NCBI RefSeq assembly: GCF_964188315.1
Contig: NC_135669.1
Coordinates: forward strand, 29,202,001-29,266,000
Reading direction: 5' to 3'
DNA from: Podarcis muralis
Taxonomy: Eukaryota
Length of the DNA stretch: 64,000 bases
In this document: one piece after another, positions 43,274-56,359 of the stretch
Layout of the letters: each line of letters begins with the position of its first letter
Numbering within the stretch: position 1 is the stretch's first letter
Made by a program: the position numbers and the translations under genes
The notes under the pieces: generated by a model
Told to the model about the DNA's origin: nothing
What the model saw: only the letters and a program-made list of their open reading frames with translations
The model's database searches: none

Positions 43274-43899
43274 ACTGAGCTAGATGGGAAACTGGTTTGA
43301 CTCAGTATAGCAGCTTCCTATGTTCCAGCTCATGGGGTGGGGGGAGGCAGGAGGCAGCTGCTGTCAAGCCCGTTTTCCAGTGAGGTTGGACCTTGATGCT
43401 ACCTCAATGGCACCAGGTCGAGGGGTGGTGGGGTCTTTGTGGGAGGGAGAGCGACATCTCTTTCCTAGATATCTGCTGCTGCGGAGACGCCTTCTCCTCC
43501 TTTGGCAAAGGTGAGGCAGATGGAGACCTGCCTCAGTTTCCCTGGCAGAAGGAAGCTGGAACGCCCGACGCAATTTTTGAGAGTGGGGAGGTGAAAGAGG
43601 GGGATAAAAAAGTCATTTCCGGAACGACGGGGCGTGGGGGGGGGCTGTCTGGTCCTCCGCCCACTGGGCCAAGCAGTAGAAAAGGGGTGCACGTGCTTAG
43701 GGGAGGCCTGCACTGCTGATTCCTCGCACCGATTTCCCCCTGTCAGGAATTCTTGAGCTGCGATTCCTGCATTGAAGGGGTTGGACTAGATGAGCCTTGG
43801 GGGTCCCTTCCAACTCTACAATTCTATGAGAAACGGCAGGAGCTCCCACCCCCTTGCGCTTTACACGCTGGACTAAGAGCCGGGAATGGGGGATTAGTG

Positions 43900-45150
43900 G
43901 AACCTCCCCCCCCCCCAAGTTTCTACCCCAGCTCCAGGCACAGCAGGCGCGGGAGGTGTGTGTGTCCTCGAAGACAGTTGACCCCCCCCCCCCGCCACAC
44001 GCTGCCAATTGGCTGCGGCGCCTTTAAATACGGAGGCGGCGGGAGGGGGGGGGGAGAGCACGGCGGCGGCGGCGGCGCTTCTCCTCCTTCTCCAGCCCGG
44101 GCGAGGAGCGAAACGCAGCTCCAGCGCTAGAGAGCGGAGGGAGGCCGGAGGCGATGGCGACAGACCCGCCGCAGCCGCGCCCAGGTGAGCTGCCACCGCA
44201 TGGCCCAAAACGGAGGGAGGGGGAGCCTGCTATGGTGGAGCGGCTCCTGAGCACGTGCAGAGCGCGGCGAGCCAGGGTAGGCGCCCGACTTGACCTTCTG
44301 CATACCTGGAGCCCACCGCACCCGCAAGCGGGTCCCGTTTGCAAACCAGGCGGCGCCCTTGAACAGGGGAGGGGGAAGAGCGCCCTGATGGAGCGAGGAC
44401 GCCAAACATGTGCAGAGGGCCTTCTCTGGAATCGCAGTGAGCTTGGACTCCTCCCTCCTTTAGCCATTGACAGAAATGGTGATTGCTGCTGCTGCTGCTG
44501 CTGCTGCGTCTCTCTCTCCCCCCTCGTAAAATACCCCACCATCCTGGCTGCATCAAGCGCTCTCGGGCCGCCATCTCCGCCCCTCATCGCTTCTCCGCCC
44601 CCAAGTAGCTTCAGCCCCACGTTGTCTCTACCCCTCGCCGAGCTCTCGTGGAGGGGGGAGTCATAGGAGCCAACTCCCAGGGGCCGAGGTCCCTTCGCTC
44701 CCCACCCTAAAATATTTGAGGGGGCCGGCCCTCCCCCCAAGTTGATGGGCATTACCATTCAAATAGTGTGGGTGCACCCCGTCCTGTGATCAATTATTTT
44801 ATGCAAGTTGGCACCCCTGGTGGGAGACTTCTGGAGCACCCACCGCGAATCTCCGGGAAAGAAGGCTAGACTAGCAGCAGCAGCAGCAGCAGCCCCGGCA
44901 CGACGCCGGGCTCTCGCCAGCAGCCTTTACTCGTTTTCCAGGCTTTGAGGGAGTCCCTCTTCCCCACAGCAGTAAAGGCGTTTTTTTACTCTACCAATCC
45001 CCCGATCTCCATTTGGAGGTCCAAAGGAGAGGCTTTCCCCGCTGCGTTCTCGCTTTGGGGCCAACTTCGAGTTTCTGCTTGGTAACAGCGGTGCTTGCCC
45101 CGCGGAACTCCCTGCTCCGTGAAGTTAGGCAGATTCCTAAAGGCGGGCGA
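43900..45150 (+). promoter_or_regulatory. CpG-island promoter of the next gene (probably PITPNM3)
   Basis: CpG-rich; CCAATTGG at 44005-44012 and TATA-like TTTAAATA at 44023-44030, upstream of a GGC-rich 5'UTR. Confidence 0.75.
44154..44184 (+). CDS. First coding exon (MATDPPQPRP+G, phase 1), probably PITPNM3; gene continues beyond the window
   Basis: Strong Kozak GGCGATGG and strong donor CAG|GTGAGC inside the CpG island. Identity is inferred only from recalled synteny (MED31-TXNDC17-KIAA0753-PITPNM3 at human 17p13) and the short phase-1 first exon; exon 2 (SDSVESSDDEFFDARE-like) was not seen in the window. Confidence 0.55.
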
Positions 45151-48029
45151 CGTTTCCCCACGTTATATTTGCAAAGGCGCTGACTCCTTGGCCTCATATC
45201 TGTTCAGGACAGCTTTTACCCGATATGGTTTCATCCTTGAATGCTGCTGTGGAATTATTGTGCTGCTTAGCGGTGTATAAATACTTCCGACGTCTTTTCT
45301 GCTCTTCCCACCCCCCACATGGGTTGCAAAATGCCCTTGTGGGGCTGACCCCCCCCTCCCCCTGCTCCTGGAATGAACGAGGCTTGACTCTTCCTAAGCA
45401 GACAGGGAGAAAGCTGGCGGGTGTGTGGCGGAAGACCTGTGGTTCTGGCAGTTGCAAGGCGACTTCCTGACACTGTTGTGGGTGCACTGCTGTCCAACGT
45501 TTGGAGCCAGGAGGCCACTGTCCACGGTGGGGCTGCGAGGATAAGGTACCTATCCAGGCTAGCATGGCGTGGTCTGCCTGCCTGGGCCGAGAGGGCTACT
45601 TGCCACTCTGGGCCACAGCTTGCCAGGACTGCTCTGAGTCTGCCTTGGGCCAGTATCTCCCCAAAGCTCTGGAGAGATGTCTTCCTCTGTTGCGTCCCGT
45701 CCATTCTGCTGCTGTTCTGTAGCCTGAGCAGAGGAAATGTTCCAGCGAGTGTGGAAGGAAGGAAGGAAGCCTGCGCTGGCAGGTCTCTAAGTCTCCTCAA
45801 TTCCACCCGCCTGATGCAAAGCCTAATTGGGGATGGGGGTGGTTTGTAGATGCATAATGGCTACGTGCTTCTCTGAGCGCTGGAGAAGTTCGAGCCGTCG
45901 CGCCCCTGCTGGGTTTGGCCTCCTCTGGACGAAAGCGGAGGGGGAAGTCAGGCTATCTTTATAACAGCTGAGCACGGAGGAGGCAAATCCCTCAGCAGGC
46001 AGAGGCCCCACTGAGAACCCCCCTCGCCCGCACCCCACGTCTTTCCAACAGGTCTCTGTCTCTCCACAAATTCAGACTATGAAACTGGCTCACGTCTGGA
46101 GCTGGGGCGGGGGTCACTTTTCAAACCCCTGGTGGATCCTCCTTTCGAAAAAGCAGAGGGTGGGTGGGGAGAGATTCCTACTGCCAAGGATCCTTCCTCC
46201 TCCTTGGTTTGCTGAGCTCACATCCACCAGTCGCCCTTCCAGAGATCAAGATGGCCAGGGTCGTAAAAGGTAGTGTTTCCCAGCAGAGCATCCCAAAATA
46301 AGAAGCTGGGTTTGCAGGCGTTTCTGCTTAGGGGGGAATCTGGGGACCCTTTCAGCTCTGTCTCCTGCTGCTATTCTCCACCCCCACCTCTGTCACAGGA
46401 GATCCTGGATGGACAGTTCAGCCATGCAGGCATCCTGCTATGGAAGGAGCCCCATGGACAAGGCTGAGCTGTGGCCCTGGAGCACAATGCAAAGGCTGTG
46501 GTTCCCAAAGTGTGTGGTTACCTCCCACCTACCCACCCCCTGGAAGGGGGAGAATGGGATTACCTGGGAGGGTGCCTGGAGGGCACTGGAGGTGTCAGTG
46601 CCTATCAGACTTGAAAAGCTGGTATCACTTTGCAGTTGCTGAATTGATTAAACTAAATGGTTTTAATTGGCTTTTGAATGAATGTGCAATTAATTGTTAC
46701 TCTTTCAAATGTTATTGCATTGCTGTCTTTCTCGGTGGGGTATGCAGACTTCTGAGTAATGTTTCTTATAGGGCAGTGGGCAGGAGTTTAGGGAAACAAG
46801 GGGGCAGTGGGATGAGAAAGGGGTCAGTTGTCTTGGTGCAAGGAGGTCTGCTTCCCACTCTGTTGCCAGAACTTTACTCTGTCTCTCTGGTTCATCTCTG
46901 AGCAGCTGCTGTTTCACGCTAAAGGCTTCCTCCGTCTTCCATCTCTTTTTTTGCACCATAAGTGTACAATCACCATTCGCTGTCAGTTATAGGATGTCCC
47001 TGCGTCATTCCTTTGAAGAACCACATTTGTAGCAAAGAGATGGCCTTTTTCACACACACACCCTCTTTGTTTTTCGGCTGCAGGGGAGGATGCCCCCGCC
47101 TCCTCCAGCCGTTGCTTTCATGGGGATTGAGCCAACTGGTGTAGGGTGAGTGTGCAAGTGTGTCAGGCTACCTGATGATTCTGGGAGCATCATGAGGCCA
47201 GGCCGTTGCGGCTGCAGCAGATGTCTTCAGGAGGGCAGGTCCTGATGCAGGGGATTCCAACCGCAAGGAAAGGAATTTTGACTCAAGTTGTTTGATGCTG
47301 GATCTGAGAGGGTAGTGGGTGCTCCTTAGAGGTTCGTCATCAGAGGCTGGCTGGCCATCTCCTCTCCAGGATGCTATAGTAGTGGGTGCATTTCCTGTGC
47401 TGCCCAGGGGTTGAGCTGGATGACCTTTGAGGGGCCTTCCAACACTGTAATTCTATTGTATTTTTAGAAAGCATTTCTTGTTCATGCCATTAGAGGTCAA
47501 GAGCTCAGTCTGTGCTCATCTGCCTTGCAAAACAAGAAAAGTGGGGGTGGACATCTTCCTCATTTTAGTAAACGTTTTCTTTCTTTCTCTTTTTCTTTTA
47601 ACTAGCTGTCTCCTCCTCCTTGATTCTTGTTTCGAAGGAGGAAGAACAGCTCCTGGGCGAAAGTGCAAAGGAGAAAAAAGCATGCCACATTTTGACTTTG
47701 CCGGGATATCTGGCGAGCCTCTGCCTGGATCCTTGTTGTGGGCTTTCAGGAAGGCAGCTAAGGGGAGCCTCTATACATAATGTGGCTTTTATTTTATTTT
47801 TTGCTCCAAGGGTTTTGCTTTGACCTCGCAGAACAGGAAATACCACTTGTGCTCCAAACTTTCCTAGGAGGAACAGGAAGGCAGAATCTGCCTGGGCAAA
47901 GGAGGGTGGTTGGCTCCTGCCTTTGGGATGGCAGCAGCAGGGAGAAAGTGTGTGTGTGTGTGTGTTGGGCGAGGGGGGGGGGGGAGAGAGACGACTCAAT
48001 CTGTTTTCTGTTAATTTGGATGGAAATGA

Positions 48030-48290
48030 ATTCTTCCTCCAGTAATTGACTGCTAATAGGATTGGACTTGGAAAGCTATTGATGGCTAGATGGCTATGCG
48101 CTGCCTCCACAGGCAGCAATGCTCCTGAACACCAGTTGCTGGAAACCACCGGAGGGGAGAATTGGGCTTGCGCTCAGGTCCTGTTTGCGGGTTTCCCCAT
48201 AACTGGAATCCGGTTGGCCACTGTGAGAACAGGATGCTGAATTAGATAGCACCCCTTTGGCCTGATCCAGCAGGATCTTCTTATGTTCTT
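48030..48290 (+). mobile_element. CR1 LINE 3'UTR fragment
   Basis: gctattgatggctag...ggccactgtgagaacaggatgctg...cctgatccagcagg..cttcttatgttctta terminus. Confidence 0.75.
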
Positions 48291-51074
48291 AAGCTGCACC
48301 AGTCGACCCTTGGTGAAGTCTGCTGAGCCACTGGCCACAAACCCTTAACCGGAATAAAGGCGTCGTTTCCCTCTCATTGGCAGATGAGTTTCTATCTGAT
48401 GAAGAGAGGCAAGAGGAGGAAAGGGGGAAAGAGCAGCAGCCCCCGTCTCCAAAGACAGATCCCAGGCAGCATTCCACTTCCCTTTAGACAGGCAGGTAAG
48501 GATGGGTGCTTGCAGCCCAAAGGAAGCTCTGCAGTTCTGCCCCTGAGTGCAACCAACCTGCAATGATGTACAAACAAACCACCTTCTGCCCAACCTGCTG
48601 TATCCAACTCCATAACAGGCAAGTGCACTCGAAATCTTAAGGACATGAGCAGAGCTTGCTGGATTAGGCCGGTGGCCCAGCATCCTGTTCTCACAGTGCC
48701 CACCACCCCCAGATGGCTCTCAGGGGTAGTCTGCAAGCAGCACCTGAGCACAAAAGCCCTTTCCCCTCCTCCACTCTCCAGCTTTTCTCTAGTGTGGATA
48801 GAGAAAAACGCTCCTCCCTCTCTCATTGCACCAGAAATTGCGGGCATCCCATAAAACTGGGCATTGGAAGATTCAGGACAAGAAAGAAGAAAGCCTTTCC
48901 TCACGCAGAGCAGAGTTGAACTGTGGAACTCCCTCCCACAGGAGGCAGTGTGATGGCCACCAACTTGGATGGCTTTGAAAGAGGGTTAGACCAGGGCTGG
49001 CCCAAGGCATTTTGGCACCACACAACGATGCTCCTCTAAAACGGCCAGGGAAGAAGGCAGGGTGGAGATCTACACCAGGAACAAGAGTGGCAGGTAAAGA
49101 TTCTCAGAAATAGGTGGTGGGAGGAGACTAAGAGGGCCTCCTATTCACAGATGGGCTGCTGAGAAGGCAAGGTGTGTGCTGCTCCTGGCACCGTGGAAGC
49201 AGTGCCAGGCAATGCATTCATTGGAGGCTGGAGCTGCCACTCCTGTGGATGCTGTCGCCTGAGGCAGTTGCCTCATCTTGCCTCATGGGTGGGCCGGCCC
49301 TGGGGTAGACAAATCCATGGAGGATGGAGATGGCTGTCAACTAGCCATGGTGGCTATCTTCCCCCCTCCACAGTCGGATGCAGCAATGCCTCTGAATACT
49401 GGTTGTTGGAGGGGAGGGTCTTGGCTGAGGGTTTCCCATTAGGGGCAGCTGGTTGACTTCTGTGAGTACAGGATGCTGGGCTAGATGGGCCATTGGCCTC
49501 ATCCGGGAGGCTCCTTCTTGTGTTCTTAAAAGGCAGTGAGGACCACATCTGCCCACCCAAGGAAGTGGAGCCCCACAGAAACCTCCTTGCCATGTTCTGA
49601 CCCCCTCTCTTTCTGCCCCGCTGCTGTTCTGGCTTTTTAAAAGCCCTCTAGGAAATAAAATGGCAAGGCTTGTTTTGACTGGAGATGGCACAGGGTGTGG
49701 ACTGATGAGCAATTACTCTCTCCTACCTCCCACTGGAACTCACTGGGTGGGTGGGGAGATTGCCCGCCTCCGCCCTCTGCTGGGCTCAGGGCCAAAGCCT
49801 CTGGTGTGTGCTGCGGGTTGATTTAATTTTAAAGACTTTTAAGATGGTTTAATAGGAGGCAGGTTGATTGCATTGCCTTCAGCTCTACAGGGAAACCCTG
49901 GGGACTTGGTGCTGCTGCTGCATGTGGGGACCTCTTGTGGCCCAGCTGGGAAGCACATCCCATGCAGTTGTGAATCCCAGCCTCCCTTTGAAAAGGCCCC
50001 AAACTGGCTGCTGGCCTGCCCATTAGGGCAAATCCACCTTTAATGCGCACCTCACACACATTTAAATCACATGACCTCCCCCAAGGAATTCTGGGAAAGG
50101 TAGGTTGTTAAGGGTACTGGGAATCAAAACTCATTTGAGGGTGCAACTACAGTTACCAGGATTCGGGGGGGGGGCATGATTTTTATTTATATTTATTTCA
50201 TAAAATAACACTGCTTGATTGTAATAAAACCAAAACCTGCCTGTTGTCAAGAGGCAGGGAGTTCCAAAGGGCAGGAACTGCCATGCTAAAGGACCAATTG
50301 CTTACAAATGTGGAATGGGTATTATGTGGCAGCTGTAACACTGCCCAGTTCTGCTGATTGACATTGTTAAGTAGGTGTATATGGGGTGAGGAGATTTCAC
50401 AGGTAAACAAGTCCCATGTTGCTAAGGGCTTTAAATGTGCACCTGATGTTTTTTAAATGTATGGTGTGGGTCTGCTCATTGTGTGAATAGTTGCCAGGCT
50501 CCCCCTCCACCCCATCACAGTAGCTCGCATGGCCAGTGGTCAGGGATGGTGATGCTGGAGTTGCTGGTGATGGGAGCTGTTGGAGGGGCACATATTCCCC
50601 CGCTAGAAAAGGCAGAATGGGGAGGTTGGAAAAGTGGAACCCTATCAGCATTTGCAGGATTTGTTCCTGGCTTTGGTGGTCGAATCAAGTCTGAATCCCT
50701 GAATCTTTCCAGGTTTTGTAAAAAGCAGTTCTAGGCTGGAGAGGGAGAACAGCGATGCCTCTGAACAGTTGTGGAGGTAGCAGGGGTGGGGAGAGACTCT
50801 TTAAGAAATGGAGGATCCTTTGCCCTGATCGCCACATCAAATTGGGGTTTCACAGCTAAATTTAGTGCTTTCTGTCTCCCTATGTTTCGGGATGGTTTCT
50901 ACCTTTGGCCCGCCAGAAGTTGCTAGATTACATTTACAACTCCCATCATGAGAACCTAAGAAGAGCCCTGCTGGATCAGGCCAATGGCCCATCCAGCATC
51001 CTGTTTCCACAGTGGCCAACTAGATGCCTGTGGGAAGCCCCAAAACAGGATTTGAGTATAAGAGCAACTCCCTC

Positions 51075-51630
51075 TCTTCTGCCTTGGTCCAACCACACCT
51101 GGAGTCCTGTATCCAGTTCTGGGCACCACCATTTAAGGAGGATATTGACAAGCTGGAATGTGTGCAGACGAGGTCAACCGAGTTGACGATAGAAAGGTTT
51201 TCTAGTTTCTAAGCTAGCTGACAAAGATTGTCAAGGCCAAGCCTTATGAGGAATAAGGTGTGTTGGGTGTGTTTAGCCTGGGGAGAAGAAGACAAGAGAG
51301 GTGACATGACAGCCACCTTCCAATATCTCAAGGGCTGTCACGTGGGAAGATGGAGCCAGCTTCTTTTCTCTTGCTCCAGAGAGGAGGACCTGAACCGATG
51401 GATTCAGTTGACAAGGAAGGAGATTCCGGATCAACACTAAGAAGAACTTTCTGACAGTAAGAGCCATTCAGCTCTGGAACGGGTTCCTTGGGAAGGTGGT
51501 GGACACTCCTTCATGGGATGATTTTGAAGAGATATTGGATGACAATTTGTCAGGGATTCTGATTCCTGCATCGTAGGGTCAGACTAGATGGCCGCTGGGT
51601 TCCCTTCCAGCTCTACAGATCTGTGATTCC
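51075..51630 (+). mobile_element. CR1 LINE ORF2 C-terminal fragment and 3'UTR
   Basis: [30 protein letters not shown] is a classic CR1 ORF2 motif; followed by the CR1 terminus. Confidence 0.88.
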
Positions 51631-52755
51631 CCTCGCATGGTTTCCAGTAACTGATATTCGGGGTGGGGGAATTCTGCCCCAGGGCCAATGGCCATGGAGA
51701 ATATGGGAATCTAGCACCATCTGGGGGGCTCAGATTTCCACCAGTGCCGGTGTTGGGGCTTGTCTCCTTGTGGCTTTCACCCCACCCCAAATAACATTTC
51801 ATCTCTTTCTGTATCTCGCTGCCCCAGTTGCATCGGTGCAATGGTGGTGCTCCTGAGCGCCCCCTCCCGCCATCGTCTTGCCTCCTGCACTAGCGGTGAT
51901 ATTTGAAGGGAGCCCACTGCGCAGGCGCCTCCCTGCACGGGAGAGAGAAAATAGCTCTGGGAAAATAAACATTAGTTCAGGGTGTTTGGAAGCCTGGCGG
52001 CCTGGCTAGATGCCAGTGGCGCTCAGCTCGCTCTCTCCTGGCTGGCTGGCTGGCTGGCTGGCATTGTGTCCGTCAGCAGAGCGAGCTCTGAAGGAGGCGC
52101 CTTGTCTGCCCAAGGCAGAAAATGAGGCGTGGGGCTTCTGGAGAGTCTGTGACCTTCTCCATCCCGAAGGAGTTTGAGCAGGCCTCCTTTGCGTCTCCCT
52201 TGACAGCCGCCTTCAAAGGGAAGGTCGATGGGCCGCATGCAATAGCGAAACGGGCTTTGCATCCTTCAGGATTGGACACATTCACGGAGGCCGAGGAGGC
52301 TGCTGCTAGCCATGGTGGCAATGCTCTCTGCCTCCACAGGCAGAGCAATGCTTCTGAATGCCAGTTGCTAGAAGCCACAAGAGGGGGGCGGGTCTTGTGC
52401 TTGTGGGTTTCCCCTAAGGGGCATCTGATTGGCAACTTTGAGAACAGATGCTGGATGAGAAGGACCATTGGCCAAATCCAGGGAGGGCTCTTCTGATGCT
52501 CTTCTGGAAATTCCAGGCCCAGAGGCAGTCTGTCTAGATTCCTAGATTGTTAGAAGAGTGAGAAGCAGCATGATAAAAAAATCCATGAAATTATGCAGGG
52601 CATAATCTTTTGTAATACCAGAACACTTGGACATCTAATGAAGCTGAATGTTGGGAGGTTCAGGACAGACAAAATAAAGTCCATGCAGTGCAGACTTAAC
52701 CTGTGGAACTCCCTCCCACAGGAGGCAGTGATGGCCACCAACTTGGATGGGTTTA

Positions 52756-53113
52756 GGTAAAGGTAAAGGGACCCCTGACCATTAGGTCTAGTCATGACCG
52801 ACTCTGGGGTTGCGGCGCTCATCTCGCTTTATTGGCCAAGGGAGCCAGCGTATAGCTTCCAGGTCATGTGGTCAGCATGACTAAGCCACTTCTGAGGAAC
52901 CAGAGCAGCTCACGGAAACAGAAACGCCATTTACCTTCCCGCAGGAGCGGTACCTATTTATCTACTTGCACTTTGACGTGCTTTCAAACTGCTAGGTTGG
53001 CAGGAGCAGGGACTGAGCAACAGGAGCTCACCACATCGTGGGGATTCGAACCGCCGACCTTCTGATCAGCAAGCCCTAGGCTCAGTGGTTTAGACCACAG
53101 TGCCACCCGTGTC
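52756..53113 (-). mobile_element. Sauria SINE (subfamily A) inserted in a CR1 fragment (about 52610-53370)
   Basis: Reverse of the subfamily A consensus; the CR1 is colinear on both sides (…caacttggatgg|…|ggctttagaagggg…). Confidence 0.88.
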
Positions 53114-54239
53114 GTGGGTGGCTTTAGAAGGGGGTTAAACAAATTCTTGGAGGAGGAGAGGCTATCAATGTCTACTTGCCACGATGGGTATGCACTGCAT
53201 CCATCATCTGATGCAGTGATGCTTCTGAATACCAGTTGCTGGAAGACGCAGGAGGGGAGAGTGGTGGTCTTCTGCTTCAGTCCTGCTTGTGGGCTTTGCT
53301 TTGGGCTAACTGGTTGGGTCAGTATGCTGGGCCAGATGGCCTGATCCAGCAGGGCACTTGTTAGGAGCAAATGTCCACACAGAGCCAGAAAGACCTGGAA
53401 ATGCTTGGTTCACGGAGGAAGCCCATTCATCCAAATTGTGCGTGTGTTGAAAGTGAAATACTACATTTTGTGCAGAACCACATAAAACATATTTATTTCA
53501 TTCAATTCATACACTGCTTGATTGCAAAAACAAACAAACCTCAAAGCAGTGTACAAAAAGACAAAATAAGACAACAAAGAGAGAAAATTACAGTAGCTTA
53601 AAGCATGCAAAAAGAATAAAATGGGTCAAAATTCATACCAGCTTTCTAAACTAGTCTGAATGAGAATTTGTTGAGCAGGTGCCCCAAAGAGAACAGCGAA
53701 GGCGCCTGCTTGATTTCAATAGGCAGGGAGTTCCAAAGTGTAGATGCCAACACACTAAATCGTAGAGGATGCCCCCTTTCCACTGGCCTTCCCCCTCCTG
53801 TCGTAAGCCCTGCCAGAGACAAAAGAAGGGGTGCTTAGCTTTCCTTTCTTCCTCCCCTCTCCCCCCTCTCCCCCTCCTTCCCAGCCCACTCTGAACTGGG
53901 TGTGAAGCTGCATCACCAGCACCCAAATTAGCCCCTGATGTCACCCTGGAAGTTGGCGCTGTGCTCCAGAACGCAGCCACTCCTTGCGTCAGCCGCGGCT
54001 CATTGACATTCTCTCCGGTGCTTCCCTCTCCCCTCCTCAGCATGCGCTGTTGCTGCCAGGTCTATTTTTAGCTCCACAGGTTTGAGCAGAATGAGGCCTC
54101 TCCATCACAACTTCAGCCTCCCCCTCCCCGACTTCTGCTTGCCTCTTCCCCATGTTCAACACACGGGAGGAGACGCCCCACACCCTCTTAGTGTTTGTTT
54201 ATTGCCTTGAGAGCTCCACCTTTTTCTCCCCAAGATGGG

Positions 54240-54400
54240 GGGGTTCTTCCCCCCATCTCAATTAAACCCCACAGCAAACCTGTGAGGTAGGCTAGGCTGA
54301 GAGGCAGCGACTGGCTCCCCAAGGTAACCAAGCAAGCTTCATGGCAGAGTGATGGATTTGAACCCTGATCTCTCCCAGGTCCTAGTCCGACACTCTGACA
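54240..54400 (-). mobile_element. MIR/Squam3-like SINE
   Basis: cacagcaaacctgtgaggtaggctaggctgagagg...gcttcatggcagagtg..ggatttgaaccc, the reverse of the SINE head and core. Confidence 0.65.
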
Positions 54401-54436
54401 GATACCAATGGGAATATGTGATTCAGTTGTGACGTA

Positions 54437-54678
54437 GAGTGGTACCTCAGGTTAAGAACTTAATTTGTTCCGGAGGTCCGTTCTTAACCTGAAACTGTTC
54501 TTAACCTGAAGCACCACTTTAGCTAATGGGGCCTCCTGACGCTGCCATGCCGCCAGAGCACGATTTCTGTTCTCATCCTGAAGCAAAGTTCTTAACCCGA
54601 GGTACTATTTCTGGGTTAGCGGAGTCTGTAACCTGAAGTGTATTTAACCTGAAGCGTATGTAACCCAATGTACCAATG
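54437..54678. mobile_element. Tc1/mariner MITE (same family as 11523-11746, opposite orientation)
   Basis: Degenerate TIR GAGTGGTACCTC...GTACCAATG with TA on both sides. Confidence 0.85.
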
Positions 54679-55125
54679 TATTTGTCAATGGTAAAAATTA
54701 AGCACTGAAAAAGGATAGGACAACTATCATCCTTTCCTTAGCAGTGATAATGATCCTGAAGTCTCTCCCTCCTCCATCCACAATATATATCCTGCAATTA
54801 AGAAGCCCATTATGTGCTTGTGGGGTTTACCCCACCACACACATCTCCCTGTTGTAGTGCAGAATAGCATCCTTGCCAAGACTGGATGGCCCTGAGATGA
54901 GAGTCTGGAAATCACCAGAGAGTTTATAACATTTTGCATGGCACGGAGAGAGTGCTTGTTTTCTTGTAAGCAGGCCAGTGCAGACCTTGCCTGAGGTCTG
55001 GGATGGGAGTCTTGTTCTTGGCATGACAGCATAAGTCCAGCAGGCCCCAACAGGGCTCCCCAGCCAGCTGAGCCCTCCGAGGCTCAGAGCAAGTAGACCT
55101 GGCTGCCCACCCCACTGCAAGGGTC

Positions 55126-55246
55126 TGTAAGGACATGATCATCTTGTGGAACTCACGTGAACATCCAGTCTTGTTGAATGGTGTGAAGAGCCATTTTTGG
55201 CTGTTGAGGTCAAAGGCTTTTGTCAAGTCTATGAAGGCAATGTATG
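55126..55246 (-). mobile_element. RTE-clade LINE reverse-transcriptase fragment
   Basis: Minus strand reads YIAFIDLTKAFDLNSQKWLFTPFNKTGCSREFHKMIMSL, matching the RTE RT motif FIDLxKAFD…GCP. Confidence 0.7.
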
Positions 55247-55812
55247 AGGCACCGCCTCTCCTGGTATGCCCTGCAGAGGACCTTAAGGTCCATGAATAAT
55301 CATAGTTTAGAGGTCCTGGGCCCTAAGGAAGTCAGATTATCCTCCACCAGGGCCAGGGCCTTCTCAGTGATGGCTCTGACTTGGTGGAATGCTCTGTCCC
55401 ATGAGACCAGGGCCCTGCAGGATTTAACCTCCTTCTGCAGGGCCTGTAAGACAGAGCTATTCCGCCTGGCTTTCAATTTGAATTTAGCCTGATCTTTTAT
55501 TCCCCTTCTTTCCCTCCCCCTCCCCTTTTTATGAAGATTACCCGCTCTGGGATCCCACAGCTAGTTCTCCCCTGGCCGCCTCACTGGCCCAAATAGGACT
55601 AATTTAGCCAGCTAGCTAAATGGTGATCATCTAATGTTTATTGGATGGATTTCCCCCTAAATTGATTTTTGAATTCTGAATTTATTGTTATTCATGTTTT
55701 TATACTGTATTTTATGCTGTTTTTTGTTGCATCAATTAAGTGTTTTAAATTTGTTGTTAGCCGCCCTGAGCCCAGTTTTCTGAACCGGGAAAGGCAGGGT
55801 ATAAATAAAAAT

Positions 55813-55857
<45 letters not shown>
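55244..55857 (+). mobile_element. L2-clade LINE 3' fragment with (TAT)n tail
   Basis: RLSWYALQRTLRS...STRARAFSVMALTWWNALSHETRALQDLTSFCRACKTELFRLAF; homologous to 42170-43273. Confidence 0.88.
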
Positions 55858-55858
<1 letters not shown>

Positions 55859-56070
55859 CTCTGCTCTGGGAATTTCTCCTGCAGCTGCTGCAGTGAGAAA
55901 ATCATGTCGACTGTTAACCTCTGAGCTCTAAAGCCTCATTATGACTCAGGATAGACCCTGTCAGTGAGTGACTGTAATCTGTTGAGAACTTCACGGGCAA
56001 AGGATTTCCCCACAGTACTCAGCAGGGAGATCCCATGTTACTCATGGCAGTCTCCTTTGTTCCTATAGAG

Positions 56071-56203
56071 CAGTGTTTCCCAAACTTGAGTCCCCCAAAC
56101 AGCTGGTCTTTGGACTACAATTACCACCAACCCTAGCTAGCAGGACTAGTGGTGAGGAATCATGGGAACTATAGTCCAAAAACAGCTGGAGACCCAAATT
56201 TGG
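56071..56203. mobile_element. hAT MITE, right end truncated (family of 8999-9134)
   Basis: cagtgtttcccaaacttg...ttggactacaa...tagtccaaaaacagctggagacccaa. Confidence 0.75.
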
Positions 56204-56359
56204 CTGGCAATGGCTACTAGTCATGATGGCTATGGTCTGCCTCCAAAGTCAAGACAGTAATGCTTCTGAATGCTGGAAACCGCAGGAGGGAAGAGGGCTC
56301 GCATCCTGCTTTCAAGTTTTCCACTGGGGCTTCTAGTTGGCCACTGTATGAAGAGGATG

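Noticed and set aside
44024-44758. 244-aa minus-strand and 170-aa plus-strand ORFs at the third CpG island
   Set aside because: CpG-island shadow ORFs; the plus ORF reads through a strong donor at 44185, so only its first 31 nt are likely coding.
52122-52496. 124-aa ORF as an alternative PITPNM3 exon
   Set aside because: No similarity to PITPNM3 as recalled, its 3' half is CR1-derived, and there is no suitable donor.
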